Shown here: piece by piece, positions 9,699 through 21,900 of the stretch
How positions within the stretch are numbered: the first letter of the stretch is position 1
How the letters are laid out: each line of letters starts with the position of its first letter
Source of the DNA: Mayamaea pseudoterrestris
Taxonomy: Eukaryota
DNA length: 64,000 nucleotides
Reading direction: 5' to 3'
NCBI GenBank assembly: GCA_027923505.1
Contig: BROI01000001.1
Span: 248,001 to 312,000 of the forward strand
Notes under the pieces: model-generated
Databases searched by the model: none
Seen by the model: the letters and a program-made list of their open reading frames with translations, nothing else
What the model was told of the DNA's origin: nothing
Translations under genes and position numbers: made by a program

Positions 9699-10853
9699 TC
9701 ACTGCGCCTTCTTCACGCCGCCACCAGCCTCCATGGCATCGCGCCACCACTGCAACGGATTTGGAATAATGAGCGGCGTCTCATCAACATACTTGGTGTA
9801 AGCTTCATCTACCCCATACCCGTAACGCTTGCGCGTTGCTTCAAAACCCTCCGGCAGTAACTTGCCAGTCCCCTGACTCGAAAAGAGATAATACATGAAA
9901 CCAGGCGACAACATGGCCAAGCCCACTCGTCGATAACCCCAAAGCTTATTCAACAGAGACGCTCGACTTGGAAACATGACTGGTTCCACCAAGGCGGGTG
10001 CATTCATGACAAAGATACCACTCCAAAACAGTAGATTTCCAAACCAGTTTGGATGCTGCGAAACACTCCAGAGTCCCTCATTGCAAAAATCTCCCTTCTT
10101 ATGCGTTCGCTTGAACAACCACTTTTGGTAGTCGGCAATCGTTTCCGTCAACCATCCAGCCGCCGCCATGATGCCTCCCACGCGCAGCGCCAGCGGATCA
10201 CCCAAACTGGATGAGGTGGCTCCCAGCGTGTGCGGCAAACTGCAAATGCTTCCCCACGCCATGGAAAACAACCAAAAGCCAGCCGCCGTAGACGGATTGC
10301 TCAATATAGCATCAAGTCGCTCATCCTTGGACGTTTCACTGTTCAACACGCGATACAACAGAAACAAGGCAAGCTTGACGCTCCACGCAAAGACTGCCGA
10401 CGCGCTCGCTTGAATGCGAACGTTGTTGGTCGCCGCTACAATGGATGATGACGTTCCTGGAATGCGCGTCACAATCGGTTGCTTGGTCCACAATGAAGGA
10501 AGAGCGGCTGCCGCAAAGGCGCCCGTGCCAAGCAAGTCCACGTGCGCGTGAAAGTGTGGGGCGCACAAGTTGATGACATAGCCCAGCAAGTTTGCTCCGA
10601 AAATGATCTTTTGTGACTGCCAAAATGGAGTATTGTCGAATGTCACAAAGGGATATCCACTGGGAACGGCGTTCATTTTTTTGTGGATCTTGTTGAATAT
10701 CTTGTTGATGCGATGTGATGGGGAAGAGTCTGACGAATCGGATTTGTCTTGAAGGTTTCGTGCTTGGCGTCCGGTAAGAAAGGCAGTCGACAATGGAGTG
10801 AAAAACGAAAGAAAAAGGGTCAACCAGAGGCAGAGACTTTTCCTGCTAGGCAT
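9699..10853 (-). CDS. DUF1295 / steroid 5-alpha-reductase-like membrane protein
   Basis: Multiple TM segments; KDERLD, ETIADYQKWLFK, GLWSVSQHPNWFGNLLFW, YTKYVDETPLIIP. ATG 10853 gives a signal peptide ending STA-F. Confidence 0.85.
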   Translation of the reverse strand: MPSRKSLCLWLTLFLSFFTPLSTAFLTGRQARNLQDKSDSSDSSPSHRINKIFNKIHKKMNAVPSGYPFVTFDNTPFWQSQKIIFGANLLGYVINLCAPHFHAHVDLLGTGAFAAAALPSLWTKQPIVTRIPGTSSSIVAATNNVRIQASASAVFAWSVKLALFLLYRVLNSETSKDERLDAILSNPSTAAGFWLFSMAWGSICSLPHTLGATSSSLGDPLALRVGGIMAAAGWLTETIADYQKWLFKRTHKKGDFCNEGLWSVSQHPNWFGNLLFWSGIFVMNAPALVEPVMFPSRASLLNKLWGYRRVGLAMLSPGFMYYLFSSQGTGKLLPEGFEATRKRYGYGVDEAYTKYVDETPLIIPNPLQWWRDAMEAGGGVKKAQ

Positions 10854-11098
10854 GGACGAGTACGGTATATTGCAGGGACTCGAGAGACGGCAGGGAACCA
10901 ATAGGGCTTCGGACGCGTGTCCTTGATGCGGAGGTCGATCGAAAGCGGATCTTGATGCTCATCCGCAATGGTGGGAAGTGTGACAGTTCATCGTACCGGT
11001 ACTGAATGGAAACCGGTGCGATAAGTGGCAACTTGTCCAATGGTTTTGATCATTATTTTTTCTTTATGTCGCCATCAAGAGGGAAGAAACTTACCAAC

Positions 11099-12520
11099 AT
11101 GATGCAGCTTCGAAATTCTAGTTACTTTTCTTTAATGACGGCTTGGTTCTGCTATAACTTCATTGATCCAGTTCAATCATTTAATATCGCAACGTCTTTA
11201 TTCAGACGACACTTTTCGTCACGCAACTCACTCTCATCGCCGTCATGCTGCCAATCAACGGCATCTTCACTCTCAGTTACGACAACAACAAACGAAGCTA
11301 CACTTCGAAACGTCATTTTCCACAACATTTCAAAGTCACAAAATCCAGACTTGTTTTGCGACTTGCTCATGGAGCTTGGCGCCTGCAGCACGTCCATTAC
11401 CGACGCGAACGTTGGCACGCCGGACGAAGTGCCACTCATTGGCGAGCCGTCCGATACGTTCAATCCCTGGCGACGATCGGATGAAGCATGGACGCCAGTG
11501 CCACTCTGGGAGCAGTGTACCGTCACGGCGCAGTTTGCGAGTGGAATCAGTCTGGAGCAAGTGTTGAAACAAGTCAAGGAAACAACCTTGTTCATGGAAG
11601 CAAGTGACGAGCCGCAACAATTAAATAAACAATCGACACAATCATCAGCGGCAAACTGGCTCGAGAGTCCAGTCGTTTCAGTACTGCCAAACCAGGACTG
11701 GGTTGTCACGGTGCAGCAAAGCTGGAAGCCAATCATTGTTGCCAATCGCATCGTACTGCGATTTCCGTGGCATACGCGAGACGATGTGTCAAAGCAACTA
11801 CTTCAAAGTGGAGCTACTGCTGCAAGTACTGACAGTGCAAACTCACTGATTGAACTGGAACTACAAGGCGGCATTGCCTTTGGAACGGGCGAGCATGCCA
11901 CGACGCAACTATGTTTGGAGTGGCTCGATGGCGCCGTTTCCGATATTTTGCAAAAGCAACCGGCAACTGAGCCGTTGACAGTCATGGACTATGGTGCTGG
12001 CTCGGGCGCACTCGGCATGGCTGCCTGCGCCATGGCGCCACGTCGAGTGCATGCCGTTGGCATTGAGATTGACTATGATTCATGTCGAATCGCCAATGCC
12101 AACGCCGCCATCAACAAGGTTGACATGCAAACGTATTTGCCGCCGCTGACGGAAACGACGGATGGCGAGTCCAAGTCGCTGTTACTCAAGGCGCATGCGC
12201 ATGCGCGACGACGACTAGAGGAGCAGCAGCAGCAACATGATAATGATGATGCGTCTGGCGCGAGCGTCTTTTTACCCGACACGATGCAGAGTCAGCAGTA
12301 TGACATTACGGTGGCCAACATTTTGGCGGGACCGCTCATGGCATTGGCGCCGACGCTAGCTGGCTTGACGAAACCTGGTGGTCGTCTGGGATTGTCGGGT
12401 ATTTTGCCGCACCAAGGAAAAGACGTTGCAAAAGCGTACAGGGCGGCGGGTTTCATTGACATGTCAGTGAAGAAGGAGATGAATGGTTGGGTGCTAGTGA
12501 CTGGAGTTAGAGCGCTGTAG
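11099..12520 (+). CDS. prmA: Ribosomal protein L11 methyltransferase, organellar
   Basis: DWVVTVQQSWKPI, AFGTGEHATTQLC, MDYGAGSG, VANILAGPL, KPGGRLGLSGIL. Possible presequence ending VQS-F. Start may be 11006 or 11099. Confidence 0.9.
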   Translation: MMQLRNSSYFSLMTAWFCYNFIDPVQSFNIATSLFRRHFSSRNSLSSPSCCQSTASSLSVTTTTNEATLRNVIFHNISKSQNPDLFCDLLMELGACSTSITDANVGTPDEVPLIGEPSDTFNPWRRSDEAWTPVPLWEQCTVTAQFASGISLEQVLKQVKETTLFMEASDEPQQLNKQSTQSSAANWLESPVVSVLPNQDWVVTVQQSWKPIIVANRIVLRFPWHTRDDVSKQLLQSGATAASTDSANSLIELELQGGIAFGTGEHATTQLCLEWLDGAVSDILQKQPATEPLTVMDYGAGSGALGMAACAMAPRRVHAVGIEIDYDSCRIANANAAINKVDMQTYLPPLTETTDGESKSLLLKAHAHARRRLEEQQQQHDNDDASGASVFLPDTMQSQQYDITVANILAGPLMALAPTLAGLTKPGGRLGLSGILPHQGKDVAKAYRAAGFIDMSVKKEMNGWVLVTGVRAL

Positions 12521-13034
12521 CGATTGACAACAAGTCGATGGAGACGGCAGGCAGTGACTGCTCGAACGTGGTGGAGAGAAGTACTCACTGCCAGCAGGTA
12601 GCCGACATGTGAAAGCCGTTTAACGAGCGAGCAAGCAAGCTAGGGTTTCTCATAATGCCAACGGGATTAGGACCGTTGTCTGTACTTGATTTGACGTACC
12701 TTACTATCACCTATATAATGGTATGCAAAGGTAATACCGGTACAATCATCTTTACATGGTGTCGTCATGGTCAAACGTCCGCCTGGGTTCGACATCACCA
12801 TGCGGACGGACTGGGCTGTCATGGATCGGACGTTTTTGATTTGAATTCCTGAATCAATCAGAATGGACAAATTATTATATTGCAGTCGGGGTTGGGTAAA
12901 GAGAGAGAACAAAGGAGAGTCTACAAACACGAGACGTCGAAACAAAGCACCATAGATTCATGCGTTTGCTACGCAGTACTGAAACACAGTATAAATATCT
13001 GTTTACAGTTCAAATAGTACACTTGCCGTTACAG

Positions 13035-13859
13035 TTAGTTGAGCGAAAAGGCTTCCACTTCTCCCAAACCTTCAGCAAGGGCACTTTGTAGTGATGGATC
13101 AAAGGCACTCAAAATTTTCTTCGTCGCGTTGTCTGATTCTAATGCCTGGACAACAAGACTGGCGACATCCTCTCTGTGAATGCTTCCAATCGCCTTGGTG
13201 TTTTCCGTCAAAATCGCCTGTCCAGTCGCAGGCTCGCTCTTCAAGCCACCAGGACGAATAATGGTCCAATTCGAGTTGGTGTAATACTTGATAAGCACAT
13301 TTTCTGCTCGCTCCTTTGCCTTCAATACATCCTTCAACACTTCAAACACAGATGGCGGTGCAGCTTCCTTGCTAGTGCCGCAACCAATGCTAGTCACTAG
13401 AATGATACGCGTCACTCCCAAAATGCCAGCACTTTCAATAACGTTGCTGTTGCCTGCGTAGTCAACGCGCTGACTCTCGTCATCACTCGTTGATCCTCCA
13501 AGTGTCGTAATGGCAGCGTCACATCCATCCATGGCATTCTCAACCACCTTTTGGTCGAAAGCGTCTCCGACAATGGCCGTGACGCCATCAATCGCGTTGA
13601 GCTCCGTGGCGACAGTCGGATCTCGGACCAGCGCCGTCACCTTGGAGCCACGCTTGAGGCATTCATCAATAATGGCGCGACCAACGCCACGGGAACCTCC
13701 AGCAACAAAGACTTGATTGTATTTTGCAGCCGATAGTTGTGATGATGTTGACGTCGACGAGGAGGCAATGGAGGAAACGCCGAGACTGTTGCTGCGGGGG
13801 GCCACGACAAAGGCTGACGCCGCTGAAAAGGCAAAAGCACAAAGTAGAAGCAATCGCAT
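13035..13859 (-). CDS. NAD(P)H-binding Rossmann-fold protein (atypical SDR / NAD_binding_10-like), plastid-targeted
   Basis: ASAFVVAP motif after a signal peptide; VAGGSRGVG, VDYAGN, WTIIRPGGL, IHREDVA. Confidence 0.88.
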   Translation of the reverse strand: MRLLLLCAFAFSAASAFVVAPRSNSLGVSSIASSSTSTSSQLSAAKYNQVFVAGGSRGVGRAIIDECLKRGSKVTALVRDPTVATELNAIDGVTAIVGDAFDQKVVENAMDGCDAAITTLGGSTSDDESQRVDYAGNSNVIESAGILGVTRIILVTSIGCGTSKEAAPPSVFEVLKDVLKAKERAENVLIKYYTNSNWTIIRPGGLKSEPATGQAILTENTKAIGSIHREDVASLVVQALESDNATKKILSAFDPSLQSALAEGLGEVEAFSLN

Positions 13860-14468
13860 GATTCTTAATGAGTATCGGACTAGTATACGGTAGTGAGCGG
13901 ACCAAAGCAATGGTCGAGACGGAGTTATTACTTAGCGTGAATCGTTCCACGGCGCGGCTCGTCGAAACCGCATGTTGATCTCGCGATCCTGTGATGAACG
14001 TCATCGTGACATAACCGCTACGACGTAATGACGGCTTGTGTCAGTTTCCAAATTGCGCCATGACCAGATGCGGCCAAATGGCAACGCACTGCTTTCACCA
14101 TAGTGAATAAAATTGACACGATCGTATCTTGAAAACAGCCTACGTGTTCGTCGAAGAATTCGGAGGGCCATACTTTTCTCTTTGGGCACCTGTCGACGTG
14201 CGCACCTGCTGGCCGATGAGAATCATTCCTGTGGCGCAATAAGTAAAAGACAGATCGCCACTATCGCGGGGAACATGAAGACCATCTGCTCCAAGTATGA
14301 TGATGGCGCCTTCTTGCAATCGACGCGCGTTGACGCATCGACCTGACGCAAGCGAGTTGCTGTTTCCTCGTTCCTCAAACTTTCGTTTCTCATGCACAAA
14401 GGATTCCGTGATCGTCTCGTGAGCGCATCCATTCATTGTAACCTAACAATCAAGCTCTCTTACCGGCC

Positions 14469-16291
14469 ATGAAAGCCAAGGGATTAGAGGCATTGGCATC
14501 GGCTGCCGCAGGGTCGCCGCAGGTGCAGCAGCATTCGCAGTTTCAGCATTTTGAGACTGTAAGCAACGATGCGGAATCTGCCGCTACTGCAATTTCAGAC
14601 GTAACAGCGACACCAACATCAAGTCATAAAATGACAGCAGGCATCAACCTTAGCAATTTGACACCTCAACAGCAGCAGCAAATCCTCCAGCTTATCAAGA
14701 ACCAGAACAATGCTGCCAATCATGCTGCGAACCAAGTCCCCGGCGCCTCTCAAGCAGCTGCCTTGCTCGGCGGTCTTCAGCAAATGAGCCAACAGCAGCA
14801 TCAGCAACAGCAGCAACCACAAAACCCTCTGTTCGCTCTCCAGCAGCAAATTGCTTCGCAGCAGCTTCTTCAGTTGCTCATGAATCGCCAGCAACAGCAG
14901 CAACAAAATGGAGCTGCTAGTACGCCGCAAGCGTCACCCGCCGCGGCGAATGGAGGCAATTTTATGGACTCTCAGAATGCGCAAAATCTACAGGCCTTGC
15001 TTGAAAACATCCAAAGTCAAAGGAATCATGGTACGTACACGTATTGTTCTAAACTCGTTAATATTCGTGGGATCAAGACCAAGAGCGCCCATGGCGGATT
15101 CGTCCAGCTCGAGCGCGTTTTCCTTTGGATTCCGCATGACTTGAAGTTGCATGTTGCCACGTCAACCAGTGTCATTCGGCAGCTGGTGACTTCAGAAAGG
15201 GGCTATTGAGGTTTTCATGATGACACTTCATTAAAACCGGAACGTTTCTTCTCACATGTTCCCGTTTCGTTTTCCTGCACCTTTTCGCAGACGATCAATC
15301 CAATGGTCGATCAACGCAGCAACTTTTACCCAAGGCTGCTCCTAGCAGCATGGTAGCTCCATCGTCGCAGGTTGGAAGCCAAGACTTTTACTCTACTGTC
15401 AAGAGTTCTTCGCAAACGTCCTTGGCTTCGGCCGCGGCTGAGTGCAAGGCGGACGCTCGAAAATCACAGGCTGTCATTGCGCCAGCGCCTCCTTGCTCGT
15501 CCAGAACGTCCATTGTTGCGGCTGGGAGCAGCATCATGTCTGACGACAGTTTCGGTGGCAACGGAAGTGAATACTTTGGTTTTGGTGACAAGAAACAGCA
15601 AAAGCGCGCTGCGAACCGCAAGTCGGCTCAATTGAGTCGCAAACGCAAGAAGCTGCTCATGGAGGAACTCAAGGATGAAAATGATGACTTGCGTCGCAAG
15701 GAACAGATTCTCAAGAGTATTCCGGACCTTATTGTTGTCTTTGATTCGACCGGTAAGCTTTGGTTTGTTTCAGACTCCGTTTCCAACTTCGTTGACTTTT
15801 CAGCCGATGAACTTGAAGGCTCGTCTATTTGGGACCGCCTCTGCAAAGACAGCGTCCGCTTGCTTAAGGCTGCCTTTATGGATTCGCTTGCCGCTCGGCG
15901 GGACGAGTCAAGCACAGCTCCTCTTGGCCAAGGCTTTTGGGAGCTGCGGCTCATGGATCGGGATGGAAGTCCCAAGGTGGTGACGCTCAATGGAGTCGTT
16001 CATTTCGCCGGAGAACGCCCCGAGTGCGTCTGCAGCATTCGACCAGTTGACAAGACGCGCAAGTCGGCCGATGGCGCCACCGAGGAGACACACTATGGGT
16101 CGCTCATTCGCGTCAAGCCGTTTCAAAGTGTCGTGAGTAATGGAGGCTCGGACAGTTCGTCCAACGAACAGCTTGATCACCACAAACTCAATGGCAGCGG
16201 CGCCATTCGCATCAGCGACAGTGGCAATAGTGGAAGCAGCAGTGTCAATAGCATGGGCGAGAGCGAAGAGACTGGCAGTGGAGATGACTGA
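14469..16291 (+). CDS. bZIP-PAS transcription factor; 2 exons 14469-15030, 15291-16291, 520 aa
   Basis: Q-rich exon 1. Intron 15031-15290 (GTACGT...TTTTCGCAG) joins in frame. Basic region KRAANRKSAQLSRKRKK with zipper, then PAS-like IPDLIVVFDSTGKLWFVSDSV...ELEGSSIWD. Confidence 0.88.
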
Positions 16292-16756
16292 GGTGTGACA
16301 GTACCAAAGACTTATGCCTTACATGTTTTGCATTCCTAATTTTCATTTGTTTAGCGAGATAACATTCCATTAATAAACCGTTCTACTTCGTGTACTTTTT
16401 TATGTCTTATCAGTTCAATCAACCGTAGTTGTGGTGTAAAAATATACCCGACCAGGAATGTCCCTATGAGATGCCTCACTCTGTGGCCAAGCTGAAATGC
16501 AAGGAAACAAGCCAACAAAGCATGCTGCCAACGGTTGCAATGTCTGCCTTTGTGGATTTTGATTTTACAGTTAAACCAGCCTACGATAGAATGCCAAATG
16601 CCCAAATTCCCCTATGCTTGCTCCACAAACTCGTGGCAATTTACTTTCTACTATGCATTTGCTTTCAAACAGTCATGCCAAATTATTATAATTTTGCTAG
16701 CTACTAGTGCTTATGTTACTGCAGTAATGTATCGTATGATTGCATCTCTCGTCATT

Positions 16757-18526
16757 TTAGGCACAATGCGCCAAGTTGCCACTGCCTTCGTTGCTCGACG
16801 CCGGCGATGCTTGCTTGCTCGTGGACGAGGACGCCAACTCGTCCACCAAGCTTGACGTTGGCGTGGACGTTGGACTATTCGTAGTAGCGGCAGATTCCAT
16901 AACGAGAGTGGTGGTGGGGGCTGCTGTTGCGGTAGTAGCTTCGGGTGGAGTCGTCATTGGTGGCGAGGTTACTGCCGCTGTTACTGGTGGCTGCATTGGC
17001 GCCGGCGCCGCCGGCATCATCCACGGCTGGGGCATCATCATCATCGTCATGTGCGCCGGGTGATAGCCGGCAGGTGGAGCCGGCGCCGGTGCATACGCTG
17101 AATATGCGTGGGGAGGATAGACTGGCTGCATCATGGCTGGCGGCTGTTGCTGCTGTGGCGGCAGCGGTCCTGCAATATTCGCAGGAGCCGGTATAGTAGG
17201 CGATGGACCAGTTGGAGCTGCCGCTGGAGGCACCATGACTGTCGGCATGGGCCAATGCATCATGGGATGCGGCGCCATGATGGCTGGAGCTGGAGCTGCA
17301 TGCGCCGCGGACGCAGGAGCGACAGTGCTTGGTAGCGACACTGGAGAAGCCGAGCTTGCTTCCTCCGTCGTTGTCGCTTCCTCGCTACCCGCCTTGTCGT
17401 CATTCTTGTCAACTTCCTTGGTCTCGTCGCTACTGGCCGGCTTGCAGGGTTCACTACTACCATTGTTGTTACTGTACATTGGCATGGGCATGTACATCAT
17501 CATGTGCGGATGCGGCTGCTGCATCACCTTGCCTTCCGGATGCATGAGTTGCGGATGCATCATGACGTGCGGCGGATGCATGACTGGAAACGGTTGCTGC
17601 TGCTGCTGCATCATGCTACTCGCCATGAGCATGCGCTGACTCTGATCGTGCTGCTCCTTGAGTTTCCGCGCCGTTTCCTCGCCCGCTTGCTTGGCTTGGA
17701 CGAGCTGCTGCTCCAAGTCAACGACTTGCTTGCGCTGATGCATGCAGGTAATATTGAGCGATTCCAGCAAGCGAATGGTGCGGTTGAGCAAGTCGACGCG
17801 ATTGTTCGTGGCGCAGCTGCTGGAGGTGCTGGTGTACGCGGAAGTAGTAGCTGCGTTTCCTCCAAGATGATCCTGCTCCAACGTCTGCAAAACTCCATTC
17901 TCGGGAATGCTACCAAGACCTGCAGTATTGCTATTGCTGCTATGAACAAGCGTTTGCTGCTGCTCAATGTTGCGCATGGTTTGCACCAGCAAGTCAAACT
18001 GCTTGTTGACATCGGAACGTCGCTGCTTTTCGCGGGATCGCTTGCGCTCGGTCCGCGCCTGCACCTTGTCCTGCGTGTGAATACCATTGCTACGATGCAT
18101 CAAGTGACTGTTACTGTTAAACGCTGCAGCAGTCGCATCCGCATCGTCGACGGCGCCGGCAAGGTCGTCGTCGTCGTTATCATCCAAGAGCACATTGCCC
18201 TGATGATCCACGGCGCCCAGCAAGTGACTGATATCCTCGGGCGAAAAGTGGTGATGATGAAGGTGATCGGCCGCATGCAAACCAAAGTGATGCGGCGATG
18301 GAAAGGCTGATAGATTATTGTTACTATTGCTATTGTAGTTGGTATGCTGGGTCATGGTGTTGTGGTGATGCTGCTGCAAGCCGGACTGCTGCTGCTGAAA
18401 CTGCTGCTGCTGCAAGTGATGCTCCAAACTTTGATTACTATAATTTTTATTGCTGCCGTTAGCGTTAGCGTTGCTCTTACTGTGCGAGGACATGGTGACA
18501 GTCTCTTTCTTTCGACTGTAGTCCAA
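16757..18526 (-). CDS. bHLH-type transcription factor with Q/H/P/M-rich regions
   Basis: Basic helix 1 RTERKRSREKQRRSDVNKQFDLL; helix 2 NRVDLLNRTIRLLESL followed by a coiled coil; long low-complexity tails. Confidence 0.75.
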   Translation of the reverse strand: MDYSRKKETVTMSSHSKSNANANGSNKNYSNQSLEHHLQQQQFQQQQSGLQQHHHNTMTQHTNYNSNSNNNLSAFPSPHHFGLHAADHLHHHHFSPEDISHLLGAVDHQGNVLLDDNDDDDLAGAVDDADATAAAFNSNSHLMHRSNGIHTQDKVQARTERKRSREKQRRSDVNKQFDLLVQTMRNIEQQQTLVHSSNSNTAGLGSIPENGVLQTLEQDHLGGNAATTSAYTSTSSSCATNNRVDLLNRTIRLLESLNITCMHQRKQVVDLEQQLVQAKQAGEETARKLKEQHDQSQRMLMASSMMQQQQQPFPVMHPPHVMMHPQLMHPEGKVMQQPHPHMMMYMPMPMYSNNNGSSEPCKPASSDETKEVDKNDDKAGSEEATTTEEASSASPVSLPSTVAPASAAHAAPAPAIMAPHPMMHWPMPTVMVPPAAAPTGPSPTIPAPANIAGPLPPQQQQPPAMMQPVYPPHAYSAYAPAPAPPAGYHPAHMTMMMMPQPWMMPAAPAPMQPPVTAAVTSPPMTTPPEATTATAAPTTTLVMESAATTNSPTSTPTSSLVDELASSSTSKQASPASSNEGSGNLAHCA

Positions 18527-18920
18527 GCGAAAGGGAGAGAGCCCAGATGAGGAAGCCTTTCTATTGTTGACGATGATGGCTCCACAAACGCATGCAGCAG
18601 CAAACAGTAGTGATGGATGACGAGCGGAGTCTGGTTGCGCGCCACCACTCGATTTGGGGTCGGACTTGAAGCGGTACTCAGTCGCGGATTCACCGCCAAA
18701 TTTGGCGCCAAAACGGAAACTGTAACGTTTAACCTTAACTTTACAAGCCTCTCGGAGTCATTCGAGAAACCCCCAACGCAAGTTGACCACCATGGAATAG
18801 TAACCGAGTCGAAACAAGATATTGCATCTCATTTAACTTCTATTATACAATTAAGAGCCATCCAGTAACGTGATAAGCGTGTCAACGTAGTCTTTCGGTG
18901 GAGTAGTATTAGGTCGTAAA

Positions 18921-21900
18921 ATGTCGGACCAAGCGAATGGCTCGAAGGAGGAGGAAACGGATCATGCTGCAAACGATGCGAGTCCACTGACTGATGCCTC
19001 TGTAGTCGAGGAAGAAGAAGTTGAGTTTGCGGCAAACGACGAGGATGTAGAGCAAACCATGGCGGAATTACTACCAGTCATGACGCACGAAGCAGGAGCG
19101 ACTGCAGAGACGCAGGATAGTGAAGCAGCAGCAGCAAAGCCGGACGACGAGGAGAGCCAAACCATCCAACCTGCAGGCGGCAGCGACGACGTTTCTTTAG
19201 CACGATCTGCTGAAACTGCAGCTGAAGAAGGTGAAGGTTCATCGACCGATCAAGCAAACAAAGCTATTACTGGCGACGACGACGAAGAAGAAGCCGTCAT
19301 GGTGGAGAATGACGTGATTGCAGCCGAGGCGCTCGTGGCGGCCGAGTCATCCGGACCTTCCGGCTCGTGGCTTGGATCTTGGTGGAGTGGTGGGAATACT
19401 ACAAGCAATGCAGAGACGGTGAACGAAGCAGAAACTGGTACAATTTCTGCTGAAGATGGCGAGGAAAAGGATTTAATTGTTGCTGCAAACGATGATGCCG
19501 CCGCGTCTCCCGCTCGCAGAACGAAACCTCCCAAGCGAGAGGCACCTCCTACGCAGACGTCACCAGGCACTGCAACGGAAGCAACGCAAGCTGTCACTGA
19601 CGCTGCTACCGCTCTCACCATTGACACTGAAAATGAAGAAGCATCTCAAGAGCCTCGACCACCCAAACCGCAACTCAACGAAGCGGATCAGTCAGCCTTG
19701 GACGAAGCCTTTGAGCATCAGCAGCAGCAACAGCAAAATGACAGTGACAACACGACAGAAAATGACAATGACGACGACGACATGCCTCGGACACGTGGAC
19801 TTGGTCGCATTCCCAAGCAAACGCTCATTCCAAACGCCGATGTGGCGTTGCGTCTCCTGCGCAAGTTTGCCTGCAAGACGAGACATAAAATTACCACAAC
19901 ATATGGTGGAGGCAAGCCACGATCCATTGTTTCCTATATCATGATGATTAAAAAGTCGAACCAGCGAGAGGATGCCACCTTTGTCGCCTATCGCGACTTG
20001 ATGCAAGTCTTGTGGGACGACGTGGACAAGGATCCCGAGGAATACTACTACAATCACTTTTTGCAGCAGCAGCCCGACGGTATAGATGGTAACATTAGCT
20101 ATCAGTACCAAGATCATCATCATCAAGACGACTACGAGGAGCAATACATTGTCGGATCTGTCTTGGGTGACTATCCGGGCGATGACATGACGCGTGCCCG
20201 AAAAGCCATTGCTGCCTTTGTGCACTTGGCCGGACTGTGGGGACACGCCAGTTCGTGGTACTTGGAGCCGAGCGGTGGAAGCAACCACCCGCATGCACAT
20301 TCTGGTCCGCCGTCGACAAGCATGATGAATCAAACAACCTTTTCTGATTTGTTGGCGGCGTGCTGGGATGCGTCGACGACGCTCGTGGCGCATGGGTGTT
20401 TGGACAATGTAGACATTCAAATATTCAACGCTGGAGGCGCAGACAGCAAGCCGGAGGAAATGGCTGCGGTTAATATGCTGGCATTGAGCATTTTTAACAG
20501 CGACTTGACCATGGAGCGCAACGAATTGGCAGCATTAAAGTTTCTATTGACGACTGGCTGTCGCAACATGGGCAATGGACAGGCCTTGTTGCGAGGCAGT
20601 CACTTGCTGCAGACAATTCGAACCTTGTATCACATTTACTTGACGACGGAGAGTCAGTCGAACAAGACCACTGCCAAGGCGTCGCTGCAGCAGTTGGTGT
20701 CGAGCGTATTCGCTCGCGTTATACAAACGGATTTGGAGGAGCAGCTGGAACGAACGGCGGATGGCTTTCCGTCGGAGAATCACCGCGATGCCTTTTTGGT
20801 GCTGCGAGCCATTTGCAAATTGAGCATGCGCAATCTTCCAGACCCGAGCTCGGGAATGCATAGTCATATTGGTATTGCCAGCAGTGGCAGCAACGCTACT
20901 TGGAACGGCATGGATGGCGATTCGTCGCAGAGAGGCTTGGATGCTTTGAGTGATGCTCATCCTTCGATGCCGCCCATGACGCAGGAACATGCCGAGCTCA
21001 TTTACACGGCCGCCATTCATCCGGCGCTTGAATCCAAATTGCTGGCGCTTGATTTGATTTTCTACGTTCTTGACAATACTAGCTTTTCGCGCGGATTCAT
21101 TACGCGAGCAGGCTCGCAGTTCCATGCTGCCGTTCGCAACTATTTGTGCGTGTCACTGTTAAAGAACTGCACGTCGGGCGATACACAGGTTGTCAACGTC
21201 AGTCTACGGCTGTTTGTTCCGCTTGTGCGCAGCTTTCGGACGATTCTCAAGAATGAGATTGAAGCATTTGTCACGAACGTTTTCTTTGTCATTTTGGATT
21301 CCAAGAATAGTCCAGCCGAGCATAAAAGTATTGTTGTGAATACTTTTGAGGAGATTTGCTCGGATCCATCTACGCTTGCTGAGATTTTTCTGAATTATGA
21401 TTGCGATCTCAGTGCGGTCGATTTATTTCATCGGATCGTCAACACCTTGTCCAAGATTGCACGCACTGGGTTGCAACAGGAACAGAGGAACAGCGGCATT
21501 GGTTTTATGGGTGGTGCGAGCGCGGCGCGGCAGGAACGCGAGCGGAGCGAGAGCAGAGAATTAAGACTAGATGCCATGAAGGCACTTCGACAGGTGTTGG
21601 CCAGTCTGCATGCCAGTAGTGTGGAGCCTATGGCGCGCAGAGACTCCTTCCATGGCGCTGAAAATGACATAGAAGGTGACGTTGCGAGCGCCATGTCCCG
21701 AGACACGGACGGAGGCATGCCGGCTTCGCCTTCCAGAGAGTCGGCCGTCGATTCAAGTGGGCAGAAGCTAGTCGACATTTACGACTCTAAACGGAAGCGC
21801 CGGGAGGAAGCATCAGAGGTTATTCTTCGGTTTAATCAGAAGCCCTCTGCAGGTATCTCGTATGCAATCAAGTGTGGTCATGTAGACGGTGATGATGCTG

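Noticed and set aside
12770..12800. GGTTCGA T-loop-like sequence
   Set aside because: No cloverleaf stems or A-box around it; not a tRNA.
15590..16050. Aureochrome photoreceptor
   Set aside because: PAS domain lacks the LOV flavin-binding GRNCRFLQ motif.
16776..18550. Long plus-strand ORFs (e.g. 17504-18310) opposite the bHLH gene
   Set aside because: Explained by stop-poor antisense of CAG/GCA-rich low-complexity coding sequence; same for antisense ORFs at 32709, 45002, 53304 and 60457.
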